Position numbers and translations under genes: made by a program. From Gammaproteobacteria bacterium (lineage in GTDB: Bacteria > Pseudomonadota > Gammaproteobacteria > Natronospirales > REEB76), in contig DASYGE010000012.1 in assembly GCA_036000105.1 (NCBI GenBank), positions 722,324 to 786,323 on the forward strand: a stretch of DNA of 64,000 nucleotides, written 5' to 3'. Each line of letters begins with the position of its first letter. Position 1 is the first letter of the stretch. Shown here piece after piece: positions 37,151-48,800 of the stretch. The notes under the pieces were generated by a model that worked only from the letters and a program-made list of their open reading frames with translations, was not told the origin of the DNA and made no database searches.

Positions 37151-38038
37151 TCAGTTCGCCGGGAACACGCTCGCGCCGTCGAACACTGGCCCATCCACGC
37201 ACACCCGCTTCATGGCCGGACCTTCCGGTGTCTTCACCTGTACCGTGCAGCCGGCGCAACCGCCCACGGCGCAGGCCATGAACTCTTCCAGCGAGACTTG
37301 GCTCGGGATACCGAACTCCTGGGCGAGCAGTGCGGCGGCCTTGAGCATGGGCGTCGGGCCGCAAGCGAACATCTCCACTTCAGCCAGCGCATCCTTGGGC
37401 AGGCGCTTGAGCCAGGCCCGGGCGAGATCGGTGATGTAGCCGTCGAAGCAGCCGGCGTAACTCTGTTTGCTGGCGAGGCGGCTGGGGAAACCCCAGTCCT
37501 CCATCAGCGGCATGCAACCGATGACCCCTTCCGGCATGCCGGGCACCATGATGGTGGAAGGCCGCGTCTTGAAGGGGAAGGGCACTTCCGAACCCATGAG
37601 CACGAGGGGCTTCCAGGCGGCGCGCTTGTCCTGCCGCAGGGCATCGGCGATGAACACCATGGGCGGGATGCCCACGCCGCCGCCCAGCAGCAAGGGGCGC
37701 GGTTTTTCCGGATGCAGTACGAAGGGTTTGCCGATGGGCCCTAAGCAGCTCAGCACGTCACCCTTGTGCCGTTGCGCCAGGAGGCGACTGCCTTCGCCCA
37801 CTGCCTTATAAAGGCATTCCACCCAGCCTTCCTTCAGGGACACGCGCATGAGCGACATGGGCCGGCGCATGGGCAGGGCCGCGTCGCAGGACAGGTGCAC
37901 GAAGCTTCCCGGTAGCGCCTTGGCGGCGCATTGCGGTGCCTTGAGGCGCAGCACGTGTTGCTCGCCGGCGAAATGCTCGTGGCTAAGGATCTCGGCGTCT
38001 TCCAGGAAGATCGTGCCGCGCTGGGGTTGGTGGCTCAT
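37151..38038 (-). CDS. PyrK-like FAD/[2Fe-2S] electron-transfer subunit (dihydroorotate dehydrogenase B type)
   Basis: 'RRPMS' FAD motif, 'LLGGGVGIPP', and C-terminal cluster 'MACAVGGCAGCTV....CVDGPVF'. Confidence 0.7.
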   Translation of the reverse strand: MSHQPQRGTIFLEDAEILSHEHFAGEQHVLRLKAPQCAAKALPGSFVHLSCDAALPMRRPMSLMRVSLKEGWVECLYKAVGEGSRLLAQRHKGDVLSCLGPIGKPFVLHPEKPRPLLLGGGVGIPPMVFIADALRQDKRAAWKPLVLMGSEVPFPFKTRPSTIMVPGMPEGVIGCMPLMEDWGFPSRLASKQSYAGCFDGYITDLARAWLKRLPKDALAEVEMFACGPTPMLKAAALLAQEFGIPSQVSLEEFMACAVGGCAGCTVQVKTPEGPAMKRVCVDGPVFDGASVFPAN

Positions 38039-38045
38039 CGGGTCC

Positions 38046-38983
<938 letters not shown>

Positions 38984-38987
<4 letters not shown>

Positions 38988-39430
38988 GCGCTGTGTTTGC
39001 CTTGCTTGGAGTTGAACCAGCTCTCCAGGATCACGCAGGCCGCCGCACCGTCGATGTCCTCACGGGTGATCCGCCGCCGGCCCTGCTGGCGCTGTTCCTT
39101 GAGCGCAGCCTCGGCTTCGCGTGATGAAAGGCGTTCATCCACGGTATGCACGGGCAACGGAAAGCGTTCAGTGAGCTGTTCGGCGAAGTGGCGGGCTCTA
39201 TGGGTCATGTCCTGCTCGCTTAGGTCCATATTATAAGGCAGACCCACCACGAGCGCCCCCGGGCGCCATTCCCCGATGAGCCGGCCGATGGCCTCCCAAT
39301 CCGGTTCGCCGCCGCGCACCGCCACCACTCCCAGGGGCGAAGCGCTGCCGGTAAGGCTCTGGCCCACGGCGGCGCCGATGCGCTTCATGCCGAAATCGAA
39401 CCCTAAGGCAGTCTGGACAGCCTCAGGCAT
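38984..39430 (-). CDS. ruvX: Holliday-junction-resolvase-like pre-16S rRNA nuclease
   Basis: 'LGFDFGMKRIGAAVG'. The ATG at 39430 overlaps the end of yqgE. Confidence 0.9.
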
Positions 39431-39983
39431 GACCGGAGTCGCCCGAGAGCAGCGACAGGTCCACGCCGATGAGGCGTGCCGCCGCCTGCCAGCGTTGCTC
39501 CACCGGCGTGTCGAAGATGATGCCGGCGTCGGCCGGGACCGACAGCCAGGAGTTGCTCTTGATCTCCTCGTCGAGCTGTCCGGCGCTCCAGCCGGCATAC
39601 CCTAAGGCCACGAAGGTCCGCTTCGGCCCGCCACCGGTCGCGAGGGCTGCCAGCACGTCGCGGGAGGTGGTGACACCGAGCGCGTCGCCCACCTTGAGGG
39701 TGGCTTCCCATTCACCTTGTGGTTCGTGGATGACGAAGCCGCGTTCCGGCTGCACGGGCCCGCCCATGTGCACGGGCGTGGCGGCGGTGTTGAGGTCCTG
39801 GGCCGTGAGTGCGAGTTGCTTCAGGATGTCTTCCAGCACCACGTTCATGGGCCGGTTGATCATGATGCCGAGCGCCCCCTGGGCGTTGTGTTCGCAGATC
39901 AGGGTGACGCTCTCGTGGAAGTTCGGATCCTCGAGGGTCGGCATGGCCACCAGGAAGTGGTTGGTGAGGAAGTCTTGGGACAT
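39423..39983 (-). CDS. yqgE: YqgE/AlgH-family protein
   Basis: 'FLVAMPTLEDPNFHESVTLICEHN..GALGIMINRP'. Confidence 0.85.
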   Translation of the reverse strand: MSQDFLTNHFLVAMPTLEDPNFHESVTLICEHNAQGALGIMINRPMNVVLEDILKQLALTAQDLNTAATPVHMGGPVQPERGFVIHEPQGEWEATLKVGDALGVTTSRDVLAALATGGGPKRTFVALGYAGWSAGQLDEEIKSNSWLSVPADAGIIFDTPVEQRWQAAARLIGVDLSLLSGDSGHA

Positions 39984-40047
39984 GCCTTAAGTATCCGTAC
40001 CCCGCCCAGATGACACAAGCGGGCCAGCCTGACCGGGGCTGTAGCGC

Positions 40048-41019
40048 CTATTTGCTGTCGTCGGCCGGCAGGTGTATCCCGCCGCCGCGCGCATCCAGCC
40101 GCCCGCCGTTGAAGCGCCATACATAGACGAAGCGCAGCACGGCGGTGTCCCGTCGCAGGTTCTCCGGGAAGGCGGCGAAGGGCGCGGCCATCTTCACGAT
40201 GTGCAGGGCTGAATCGTCCAGAAGCGGTTGGTTGGAAGGTTTGGTCAGGAACAGTTCGCGGATGCTGCCATCGCTGTTGAGCGCCACTTCCAGAGCCAGG
40301 GAGCCGGTGAGTCGGTGGCTACGGATGGCCGCCGGGAAGTTCAGGTTGCCGATGTGTTCCACCTTGCGGCGCCAGGCGTCCAGGTAGGGGGCGTAGCGGG
40401 ATTCCCGGGCATTCACCGAGACGAAGCTCTCCCGCGGCTTGGCGTCCGTGGCCTGCGGCAACTCCAGTCCGTCGTCGTTCGGCATGAGGGCGTCGTCGCC
40501 CGGCGTCAGGAGCCGCGCCACCATGATCCGGGGCTCGACGCTCAAGGGCGCCGCAGCGTTCTTGGCGTTGGCGGTGGTGCCGGTGAGGGCCGTGGTGGTG
40601 ACGGCGGCCGCATGCTCGGAGCTGTCGCTGCGGTTCACGCCGTGGTTGTCGCCCGTGGACGTACTGCGGCCGGGGTTGTCGGCGAGGTCGGGGGCGTCCG
40701 GCTGGCCGGCGTTGTTCACGGCCGCCGGCATGGACAGCGGGCTCTCGGGCCGCACCAGTTCCTTGGTGTTGCCCTCGCCCTGCTGGTTGGCCTGGGCGAT
40801 GTAGTCGGCCAGCTTGGGCGCCACCACGTTCCGGGTCTGGACCATGGTGACTTCGAGGGTCGCGCTGCCCTTGGGTTTCTCGGGGCGGAAGGTGATGCCG
40901 AGGATGATGATGCCGTGCACCAGCGCCGCGAAGAACAGCGTGGTCACCAGCCGGTCACGGGAAGTGACGGAGGGCGATTCGAGAGGGCCCCGGCTTAGGG
41001 TGGCGCGATGGGTGGTCAT
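40048..41019 (-). CDS. TonB-family protein (energy transducer C-terminal domain)
   Basis: N-terminal TM 'LVTTLFFAALVHGIIILGITF', a long low-complexity linker, and a C-terminal TonB fold ('GSLALEVALNSDGSI..L.L.KPSN.PLLDDSAL'). Confidence 0.7.
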   Translation of the reverse strand: MTTHRATLSRGPLESPSVTSRDRLVTTLFFAALVHGIIILGITFRPEKPKGSATLEVTMVQTRNVVAPKLADYIAQANQQGEGNTKELVRPESPLSMPAAVNNAGQPDAPDLADNPGRSTSTGDNHGVNRSDSSEHAAAVTTTALTGTTANAKNAAAPLSVEPRIMVARLLTPGDDALMPNDDGLELPQATDAKPRESFVSVNARESRYAPYLDAWRRKVEHIGNLNFPAAIRSHRLTGSLALEVALNSDGSIRELFLTKPSNQPLLDDSALHIVKMAAPFAAFPENLRRDTAVLRFVYVWRFNGGRLDARGGGIHLPADDSK

Positions 41020-41050
41020 GGCTTCAGATTTGAGTATAGCGGAGCATGTT

Positions 41051-42007
41051 TCAGCGCTTTTTCGCCAGCATGTCCATGAACTGTCCGGCGATATCTAGGC
41101 TATAGAGCTTGTCCAGCTCCCGCACGCAGGTGGGGCTGGTGACGTTGATCTCCGTGAGCCAGTCGCCGATCACATCCAGGCCCACGAACAACAAGCCTTT
41201 CTCCCGCAGGGCCGGCGCCACTTGCGCGCAGATCCAGCGGTCGCGCTCTGTGAGGGGCACGCCGACGCCAGTCCCGCCGGCCGCCAAGTTGCCCCGGGCT
41301 TCCCCCGGTGCCGGCACCCGGGCGAGGGCATAGGGCACTGGTTCCCCGTCGATGAGCAGGATGCGCTTGTCGCCGTCCTTGATCTCCGGGATGAACTTCT
41401 GGGCCACCGCGAGCCGGTCTCCCCTCTGGGTGAGGGTCTCCAGCACCACTGAGGTGTTGGGGTCCCCCTGGGCCAACACGAACACCATGCTGCCGCCCAT
41501 GCCATCCAGGGGCTTCACCACGATCTTCTTGTGCTCCTCCAGGAAGGTCCGCATGCGGCCCATCTCCCGGGTCATGAGGGTGGGGGGGCAGCATTGTGGG
41601 AACCAGGCGGTATAGGCTTTCTCGTTGGCGTCCCTCAAGGCCTGGGGGCGGTTCACCACCCGGACCCCGGCCTGTTCGGCCCGTTCCAGGATGTAGGTGC
41701 TATAGACGTACTCCATGTCGAAGGGGGGGTCTTTGCGCATGAGGATGAGATCGAGGCCGCTCAAGGGCCCATCCACCTCCGCACCCAGGCTGTACCAGTC
41801 CTTGGGGTCGTCCCGCACCGTTAGGGCCCGGCGGCGGGCCCGGGCTTCCCCGCCCAGGAGGTAGAGGCCCGGCTGCTCCATATAGGAAAGCAGCCAACCC
41901 CGGGCCTGGGCTGCCAGCAGCATGGCCAGGGTGGTGTCCTTGTAAGGCGTGATGGACCCGATGGGGTCCATGACCACCCCGAGGGTGGGTTTACCGGACT
42001 TGGGCAT
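41051..42007 (-). CDS. gshB: glutathione synthetase
   Basis: 'LGVVMDPIGSITPYKDTTLAMLLAAQARGW' and an ATP-grasp C-terminal half. Confidence 0.9.
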   Translation of the reverse strand: MPKSGKPTLGVVMDPIGSITPYKDTTLAMLLAAQARGWLLSYMEQPGLYLLGGEARARRRALTVRDDPKDWYSLGAEVDGPLSGLDLILMRKDPPFDMEYVYSTYILERAEQAGVRVVNRPQALRDANEKAYTAWFPQCCPPTLMTREMGRMRTFLEEHKKIVVKPLDGMGGSMVFVLAQGDPNTSVVLETLTQRGDRLAVAQKFIPEIKDGDKRILLIDGEPVPYALARVPAPGEARGNLAAGGTGVGVPLTERDRWICAQVAPALREKGLLFVGLDVIGDWLTEINVTSPTCVRELDKLYSLDIAGQFMDMLAKKR

Positions 42008-42251
42008 GGGAAAGCGCCTCGTTAGGGTGCATAGGATCGGGCCGGATTTTGGTCTATGAAACTTATTGCATTCAAGGGATTAAGCGCGGATATTATGCTT
42101 AAAGCCCAAGTATGGCAGCCAGTAGGGCGACTTTTTAAGACGCCCCAGCCGGAGACCCTAGTGCGGGCTGCATGTCCCGCCGTTTGAGAATAATATGTCA
42201 ACGCCGGCCCGCGGAAACGCCGCCGGTAGGGGCTTATGCGCGGAGGTGAAG

Positions 42252-42656
42252 GTGGTTAGCGACAATCCGGATGGCGGTCTACAGGGCCTCAAGGTTCTGG
42301 TGATCGACGACAGCAAGACTATCCGCAAGACGGCCGAGACCTTGCTCTCCAAGGAGGGCTGCGAGGTGGTCACGGCGGTGGATGGTTTCGAGGCGCTGTC
42401 CAAGATCGCCGACCACAAGCCGGACATAATCTTCGTGGATATCATGATGCCGCGCCTCGACGGTTATCAGACCTGCGCGCTCATCAAGCACAACCACAAT
42501 TACAAGCAGACGCCGGTGATCATGCTGTCCAGCAAGGACGGCCTGTTCGACCGCGCGCGCGGACGTATCGTCGGTTCCGAACAGTATCTGACCAAACCCT
42601 TTACGAAAGACGAATTGGTGGGCGCGATACACCGCCACGTGCGGAAATCCGCCTGA
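42252..42656 (+). CDS. pilG: twitching-motility response regulator PilG
   Basis: 'LKVLVIDDSKTIRKTAETLL...FVDIMMPRLDGYQTCALIK...VIMLSSKDGLFD..RGRIVGS.QYLTKPF' is near-identical in pattern to PilG. The start is uncertain: GTG at 42252 follows GGAGG, and the longest ORF starts at 42195. Confidence 0.85.
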   Translation: MVSDNPDGGLQGLKVLVIDDSKTIRKTAETLLSKEGCEVVTAVDGFEALSKIADHKPDIIFVDIMMPRLDGYQTCALIKHNHNYKQTPVIMLSSKDGLFDRARGRIVGSEQYLTKPFTKDELVGAIHRHVRKSA

Positions 42657-42713
42657 TTTAACTGAGCCCGGGCATGAGTCCGGGCGTATATGCAACCAGA
42701 GGAAGAAGCAGCC

Positions 42714-43079
42714 ATGTCCACCGTGCTCATCATTGACGATTCGCCGACCGAGGTCCATGTGCTCAAGACGTGGCTCGAGAAGAACGGCTTCAGCACCATC
42801 ACCGCCGAGAGCGGTGAAGAGGGCATCGAGAAAGCCAAGACCGACAAGCCCGACGCCATCATCATGGACGTGGTGATGCCCGGCATGAGCGGTTTCCAGG
42901 CCACCCGCCAGCTCTCCAAGGATCCGGACACCTCCCGCATCCCCGTGGTGATGGTCACCACCAAGGATCAGGAGACCGACAAGATCTGGGGCATGCGCCA
43001 GGGCGCCGTCGCGTACCTGCCGAAGCCCGTGACCGAGAAGCAGCTGGTGGACAAGATCAAAGAAGTGATCGCCGGCTGA
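42714..43079 (+). CDS. pilH: response regulator PilH
   Basis: CheY-like receiver 'VLIIDDSPTE...IIMDVVMPGMSGFQ'. Position directly after pilG. Confidence 0.85.
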   Translation: MSTVLIIDDSPTEVHVLKTWLEKNGFSTITAESGEEGIEKAKTDKPDAIIMDVVMPGMSGFQATRQLSKDPDTSRIPVVMVTTKDQETDKIWGMRQGAVAYLPKPVTEKQLVDKIKEVIAG

Positions 43080-43081
43080 GC

Positions 43082-43636
43082 ATGGCAAGCGCACTCCTCG
43101 AACTGCGTGAGCGACCTTTCGAACTCCTCAAGGAGCTCGAGCGGCGCAGCCGTATCGCTGCATCCGGCCGCGGCCAGGAGAGCGGTCAGCAGGAAGAGTG
43201 GGTGGGCGTCGGCTTCCGCGTGGGCAGGACGCGGCTCGTGGCTGAGCGCCAGGAAGTGCGCGAAGTGCTCACTTGGCCAGGCGTGACCGCGCTGCCCGGC
43301 GCCAAGCCCTGGTTGCTCGGCCTCGCCAACGTGCGTGGCCAGTTGCTGCCGGTCACCGATCTCGCCGCGTTCTTTGGCGGCGAACCGGCGACCATCGGCC
43401 GCAGCACGCGGATCATCATGGTGAACCACGCAGACATCCCCTCGGGCCTGCTGGTGGACGAGGTGCGCGGCTTCCGCCGCTTCGTGGCGTCGGAGAAAGC
43501 CGAGGTGATGCCGGAGACCCTGCCGGGGATGACGCCGTTCCTGGCGGGCGCCTACGGCTCGGATGAGGACATCTGGGGAGTGTTGGGCCTGCACGGGCTC
43601 GTGGAGAGCACCGTATTCCTGCAGGCGGCACGTTGA
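43082..43636 (+). CDS. pilI: CheW-like coupling protein PilI
   Basis: CheW domain 'PGAKPWLLGLANVRGQLLPVTDL'. Operon position. Confidence 0.8.
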   Translation: MASALLELRERPFELLKELERRSRIAASGRGQESGQQEEWVGVGFRVGRTRLVAERQEVREVLTWPGVTALPGAKPWLLGLANVRGQLLPVTDLAAFFGGEPATIGRSTRIIMVNHADIPSGLLVDEVRGFRRFVASEKAEVMPETLPGMTPFLAGAYGSDEDIWGVLGLHGLVESTVFLQAAR

Positions 43637-43711
43637 TGGGGCGCGCGGCCTGAGCCGTCCGCGTCGCTGGTCGAGATAGAGAGGCTCTTAAACCTTTTAA
43701 GGTGAACTGAT

Positions 43712-45778
43712 ATGGCCGATAACGAGAAGCGATCCAATACTGCCCTGTACGCCCTCTTGTTCATATTCGTGGCGTCACTGGGTCTGGCGGTTTGGAATTT
43801 CGTGCAGGTGGGGTTGAACTCCAGTCGCGACAAGGAGTTCCTCGGCCTGTCGGCGCAACAGTCGCTGATATCCCAGAGCGTGGTGCGCGCCGCCGATGAA
43901 GCGGTGGCCGGCAACTCCGACTCCTTCCAGCAACTCCTCAACGGCCGCGACCAGTTCGACAACAGCATCAGCCTCATGGGCAACGGCGATCCCCAGACCC
44001 TGATGCCGGCGGCCAGCGGCGAAGTGCTCTCGGAAGTGCAGGTGCTGCAGACCCAGTGGGGCCAGGTACGCACCTCCCTGCAGACCATCCTCGCGGCCCA
44101 TGACTCGATCCTGGTGGCCAACCAGGCCGCTGCCAGCATCCGCCAGGCCATGCCCGACCTCCTGAAGGCCTGGGACGGCTTCGCCGACGAAGCCAATAAG
44201 CGCAACGCCAGCCACAACACCGTGTATTACGCCGCCAAGCAGGGCTATTACGGCCAGATGATCCTGCGCGACGTGAACCTGCTCACCACCGGCGGCCATG
44301 GCGATGTCTCCACCGTCGCCCAGGAACTGCCCGACACCATCCAGAACTTCACGCGCATCACCCGCGGCATGCTGGACGGCAACCCGCAGCTCGGCCTCTC
44401 GGCCGTGACGGATGCCGCCCTGCTCACCCCGCTGCGCCAGATCGAGGCCCTGTCGGACAAGGTGAACAACAGCCTGAATTCCCTCACGCCCATGATCGGC
44501 CTGCTCGGCAACGTGCAGAAGGCCAACGGCACCATCCATGACTTGAGCGACCAGTTGCTGACCAACGCTCAGGCTATCAACACCAGCTACGAGCGCTCGG
44601 CGAGCGAGCGGCTGTTCCGGCCCATCGTGGGTTACATACTGTTCGGTATCGCCGTGTTCCTGCTGCTGTTGATCCTGTGGATGTACGTGCTGGGCGGTGA
44701 CGCCCGGCGCGCGGCGCAGATACAGCAAGAGACCAACGAACGAAACCAACAGGCCATTTTGCGACTCCTGGATGAACTCGGCTCACTGGCCGACGGCGAT
44801 CTCACGGTGCAGGTGACGGTGACCGAAGACATCACGGGCGCCATCGCAGACTCCATCAACTACGCCCTCGAGGCACTGCGCGGCCTGGTCGCGACCATCA
44901 ATGACACGGCAGTGCAGGTGGACGCCGCCGCCCGTCAGACGCAGGCGACCACCACCCATCTGGCCGAAGCCTCCGTGAACCAGTCCAAGCAGATCAACAC
45001 CGCGTCCCTGTCCATCACCGAGATGGCGAAGTCCATCGAACAGGTGTCCGCCAACGCCGAACGCTCGGCGAAGGTGGCCGCGCAGTCGGTGGAGATCGCG
45101 CACAAGGGTGGCCAGGCAGTGCGCCGCACGATCGACGGCATGAACTCCATCCGCGAGACCATCCAGGAGACGTCCAAGCGCATCAAGCGATTGGGCGAAT
45201 CCTCGCAGGAGATCGGCGACATCGTGGAACTGATCAACGACATCGCGGAACAGACGAACATCCTGGCCTTGAACGCCGCCATCCAGGCGTCCATGGCTGG
45301 CGAAGCAGGCCGCGGTTTCGCGGTGGTGGCCGACGAAGTGCAACGACTCGCAGAGCGCTCCGCCAACGCCACACGCCAGATCGAAGCGCTGGTGAAGACC
45401 ATTCAAACCGACACGAACGAAGCGGTCATCTCGATGGAACAATCGACCGCGGGCGTGGTGGGCGGAGCCCAGCTGGCCGAGAACGCAGGTTCGGCACTGG
45501 ACGAGATCGAGAAGGTGGCGAACCACATCGCAACGCTGGTGCAGAGCATCTCCAACGCGGCGCGCCAGCAGGCCCAGACCGCCGGCGAGGTGTCGCGCAC
45601 CATGAACGTGATTAGAGAGATCACCGCGCAGACCACCGAAGGCACCAACGCCACGGCAGTCAGCGTAGGCAAGCTCGCGGCACTCGCCACCGAGATGCGT
45701 AAGTCGGTCGCCGGCTTCAAGCTGCCCAGCAGCCGCAGCCAGGAGACCATGATCATCCGTCCGGGCGAAGCGGCCTGA
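43712..45778 (+). CDS. pilJ: methyl-accepting chemotaxis protein PilJ
   Basis: 688 aa. N-terminal TM plus periplasmic PilJ-type domain, HAMP, and highly conserved signalling hairpin '[40 protein letters not shown]'. Confidence 0.9.
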   Translation: MADNEKRSNTALYALLFIFVASLGLAVWNFVQVGLNSSRDKEFLGLSAQQSLISQSVVRAADEAVAGNSDSFQQLLNGRDQFDNSISLMGNGDPQTLMPAASGEVLSEVQVLQTQWGQVRTSLQTILAAHDSILVANQAAASIRQAMPDLLKAWDGFADEANKRNASHNTVYYAAKQGYYGQMILRDVNLLTTGGHGDVSTVAQELPDTIQNFTRITRGMLDGNPQLGLSAVTDAALLTPLRQIEALSDKVNNSLNSLTPMIGLLGNVQKANGTIHDLSDQLLTNAQAINTSYERSASERLFRPIVGYILFGIAVFLLLLILWMYVLGGDARRAAQIQQETNERNQQAILRLLDELGSLADGDLTVQVTVTEDITGAIADSINYALEALRGLVATINDTAVQVDAAARQTQATTTHLAEASVNQSKQINTASLSITEMAKSIEQVSANAERSAKVAAQSVEIAHKGGQAVRRTIDGMNSIRETIQETSKRIKRLGESSQEIGDIVELINDIAEQTNILALNAAIQASMAGEAGRGFAVVADEVQRLAERSANATRQIEALVKTIQTDTNEAVISMEQSTAGVVGGAQLAENAGSALDEIEKVANHIATLVQSISNAARQQAQTAGEVSRTMNVIREITAQTTEGTNATAVSVGKLAALATEMRKSVAGFKLPSSRSQETMIIRPGEAA

Positions 45779-45815
45779 AGGCCCGCCGCAGCAACCCAGG
45801 AAACGTGACGCACGC

Positions 45816-48800
45816 ATGAGCCAGGTCGCTTCAGACTCGTTGATGTGGATCAAGAATGAGCTTGATCACACGCTGGTGCGCGCGCGCCAGGCGCTCGAGA
45901 CCTATGTCGAGAAGGCCGAGGACAAGGAAGCCTTAGGCCAGTGCCTGGAGCTCCTGCACCAGGTGCAAGGCACCCTGCGCATCGTCGAAGTCTATGGCGC
46001 CGCCATGCTCGCCGAAGAGATGGAGTCGGTGGTGCGCGGCTTCGATACCGGCGAAGTGGCGCGCAGCGACACCGCCTTCGAAGTGCTCATGCGCGCCATG
46101 CTGCAGCTCCCGGATTACCTGGAGCGCGTCATCGGCGGCCGGCGCGACATGCCGCTGGCGCTGCTATCCCTCCTCAACGACCTGCGCACCGTGCGCGGCC
46201 AGCCGCTCTTGTCCGAGAGCGCGCTCTTCGCCTATAACCTCGCCGGCCGCAGCACCACCAGCATGGCGGCCCAGGTGCCGGCGCCCAAGGCGGTGGACGT
46301 CAAGGGCCTGGCGGCCAAGGTACGTCCCAAGTTCCAGTCGGCCTTGCTCGGCTGGTACAAGGGCGACGATGCGCCCAAACACCTCGCGGTGCTGGCGGAC
46401 TCCGCCGAGAAACTGGAACAGGCCGCCACCACCCCGACGGTGTTCGAGCTGTGGTGGATAGTCGGCGGCATCATCGAAGGCCTGCGCGAGGGCGGCATCG
46501 AGGCCGACGTGAGCCTGAAGCAGCTGCTCGGTCAGGTGGACCGGCAGATGAAGAAGCTCATGGAGCAGGGCGAGGCCCAGGCAGCCGAGGAGCCGGCCCA
46601 GGAACTCGTCAATAACCTCCTGTATTACATCGGCCGCGCCTCGACCGAGGGCAAGCGCATCGCGGCCATCAAGGAATCCTTCAAGCTCGGCGACCTTCTG
46701 CCCCATGAGAGCGAGCTGGCGGAAGCACGCGACAGTCTCTCCGGACCCAACGTCAACCTCATGCGCACCGTGTCCGGCGCCATCCGCGAGGACATCAGCC
46801 GCATCAAGGACACCCTCGACATCTTCGTGCGCATGGGCAAGTCGGACACCGGCGAACTCGCGCCCCTCGATGAACTCATCAAGAAGGTGGGTGACACCCT
46901 CACCGTGCTCGGTCTGCCCAAGCTCAACCTGGAACTCGAGGCGCAGCGCAAGAACCTGCAGCAGCTGCTCGCCGCCAAGCGCGCCCCTGAAGAAGCCGAG
47001 CTCATGGAGATCGCGAGCGGCATCGTGCGCGTGGAGAGCGGGCTCGACGACGCCATCAACGAACTCATCTCTCCGGACGGCCCCAAGACCGGCATCGGCG
47101 CGGACAGCGGCTCCCAGGCCGAGATGCGCGAAGTGCAGTCCGCGGTCATCCGTGAATCCATCATCAACATGGCGCGGGTCAAGGAAGCCATCGTCGAGTT
47201 CGTGAACGACCCCGCACACCGCGAGGTGCTGAAACCCCTGCCGCGCCACATGCGCGAGATCCAGGCGAGCTTCCGCTTCCTGGACATGCAGCGCGTGGTC
47301 GAGCTGCTCGCCAGCCTGCGTCAATACATCCTGAAGCGCCTCCTGTCCGGCAAGGGCGCGCCGCCGCAGAACGAGCTCGACCGTATGGCCGATGCCATCG
47401 TGAGCATGGAGTTCTACCTCGAGACCGTGCAGCAGGGCCGCGGCAACCCGCTCTCCATGCTGGACAACGCAGAAGCCTGCGTCGCTGCCCTCGGGTTCCC
47501 GGTGGGCGAGGACTACCCGGAGGAAGGCGACCCTTACGTTTCCACCGGCACCGCTTCCGGAAACTTGGAAGAATCCATGCCTGGCGAGAGCATCGTCATG
47601 GAAGGCGTGGCGGTGGAGGATATCTCGCTCTCCGAGGGGCCGAGCGAAGATCCCACGATCATGAAGGAAGAGCCCACCATCATGGAGGAGCACGCTCCTC
47701 CGGTGATGAAGCAGAAGGCTGCGGCCAAGCAAGCTGCCAAGCCCGGAGCAGCCACTCCCGTTCCGCCCAGCGCCGCCGGCCCCGCCGTAGTGATGAGCGC
47801 CGACGTGGACCCCGAGATCGTGGAGATCTTCCTGGAAGAAGCCCAGGAAGAGATGAATTCCCTGCGCGAGAGTTTCCCGCGCTGGCGCAGTAACCCGGCG
47901 GACCGGGAAGCGCTCGCCACCATGCGGCGCTCCTTCCATACCCTGAAAGGTAGCGGCCGCATGGTGGGCGCGCGCCTCATCGGCGAGTTCGCCTGGGCCA
48001 TCGAGAACATGCTGAACCGGGTCATCGACCAGACGGTCACCCCGTCCGACGACATGTTCGCGCTCATCGACATGTCCATCGCCGCGCTGCCCGAACTCGT
48101 GGAGCAGCTCGAGGTGGGTACCGCGCCCAAGGTGAACGTGCAGCCCATGATGGATACGGCCCTCGCCATGAGCCGCGGCGAGGAACCGGCGCTGCCGGGC
48201 GCCGCCGATATGGTGCCGGCGCCGGCCGAAGAACCCACCATGATCCGCCCGGCGGGCATGCAGATCTCTGGCGCGGAAGAGCCCACCGTCATCATGCCGC
48301 GGGTGGAGGTGCTGCCGCCGGCGGTGTCCATGGACCCTGTGCTCTACGAGATATTCAAGCGCGAGGCCGAAGGTCATCTCGCGGTGATCGAAGCGTTCCG
48401 CGTGCAGGCCATGACCGACCGCACCGTCACGGAAGACGTGGTGCGCGCCCTGCATACCCTGCACGGCAGCTCGGCCTTGGCCGGTGCCACCAACCTGGCC
48501 ACCCTCACCGAGCCCCTGCATCGCTACGTGGCCGCCCTGCATGAGCAGGCCCAGCTCCTGCCCGCCGAACACATCGCGCTCATGGGCGATTCCCTGAGGA
48601 CCGCCCATGCCATGCTGATAGCTCTAGGCTCGGGTCAGACGCTGCCTGTCCCTAAGGGCCTCCTGGGGCGCCTCAAGACGCTGCGCACCGAGGCTCTCGG
48701 GGAGAGCTTCGGGGAAGACATCGTCATGTCCGGCCCGGCGGAGGTCGAGACCCCTGCCGCCCAGCCCAAGGCAAAGCAGGCCGCGAAAGCGCCGGAGAAG

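Noticed and set aside
46164-48608. 814-aa ORF on the minus strand. Similar very long ORFs include 32077-33708, 33729-35003, 48930-50126, 50370-51839, 25392-26708, 14692-15948 and 5391-6359.
   Set aside because: Each lies antisense to, or in another frame of, a gene with strong family motifs (chpA, pilT/pilU, rocD, the permease, the S10 peptidase). Their products are Arg/Gly/Ala/His-rich low-complexity strings, typical of stop-codon-poor frames in high-GC DNA.
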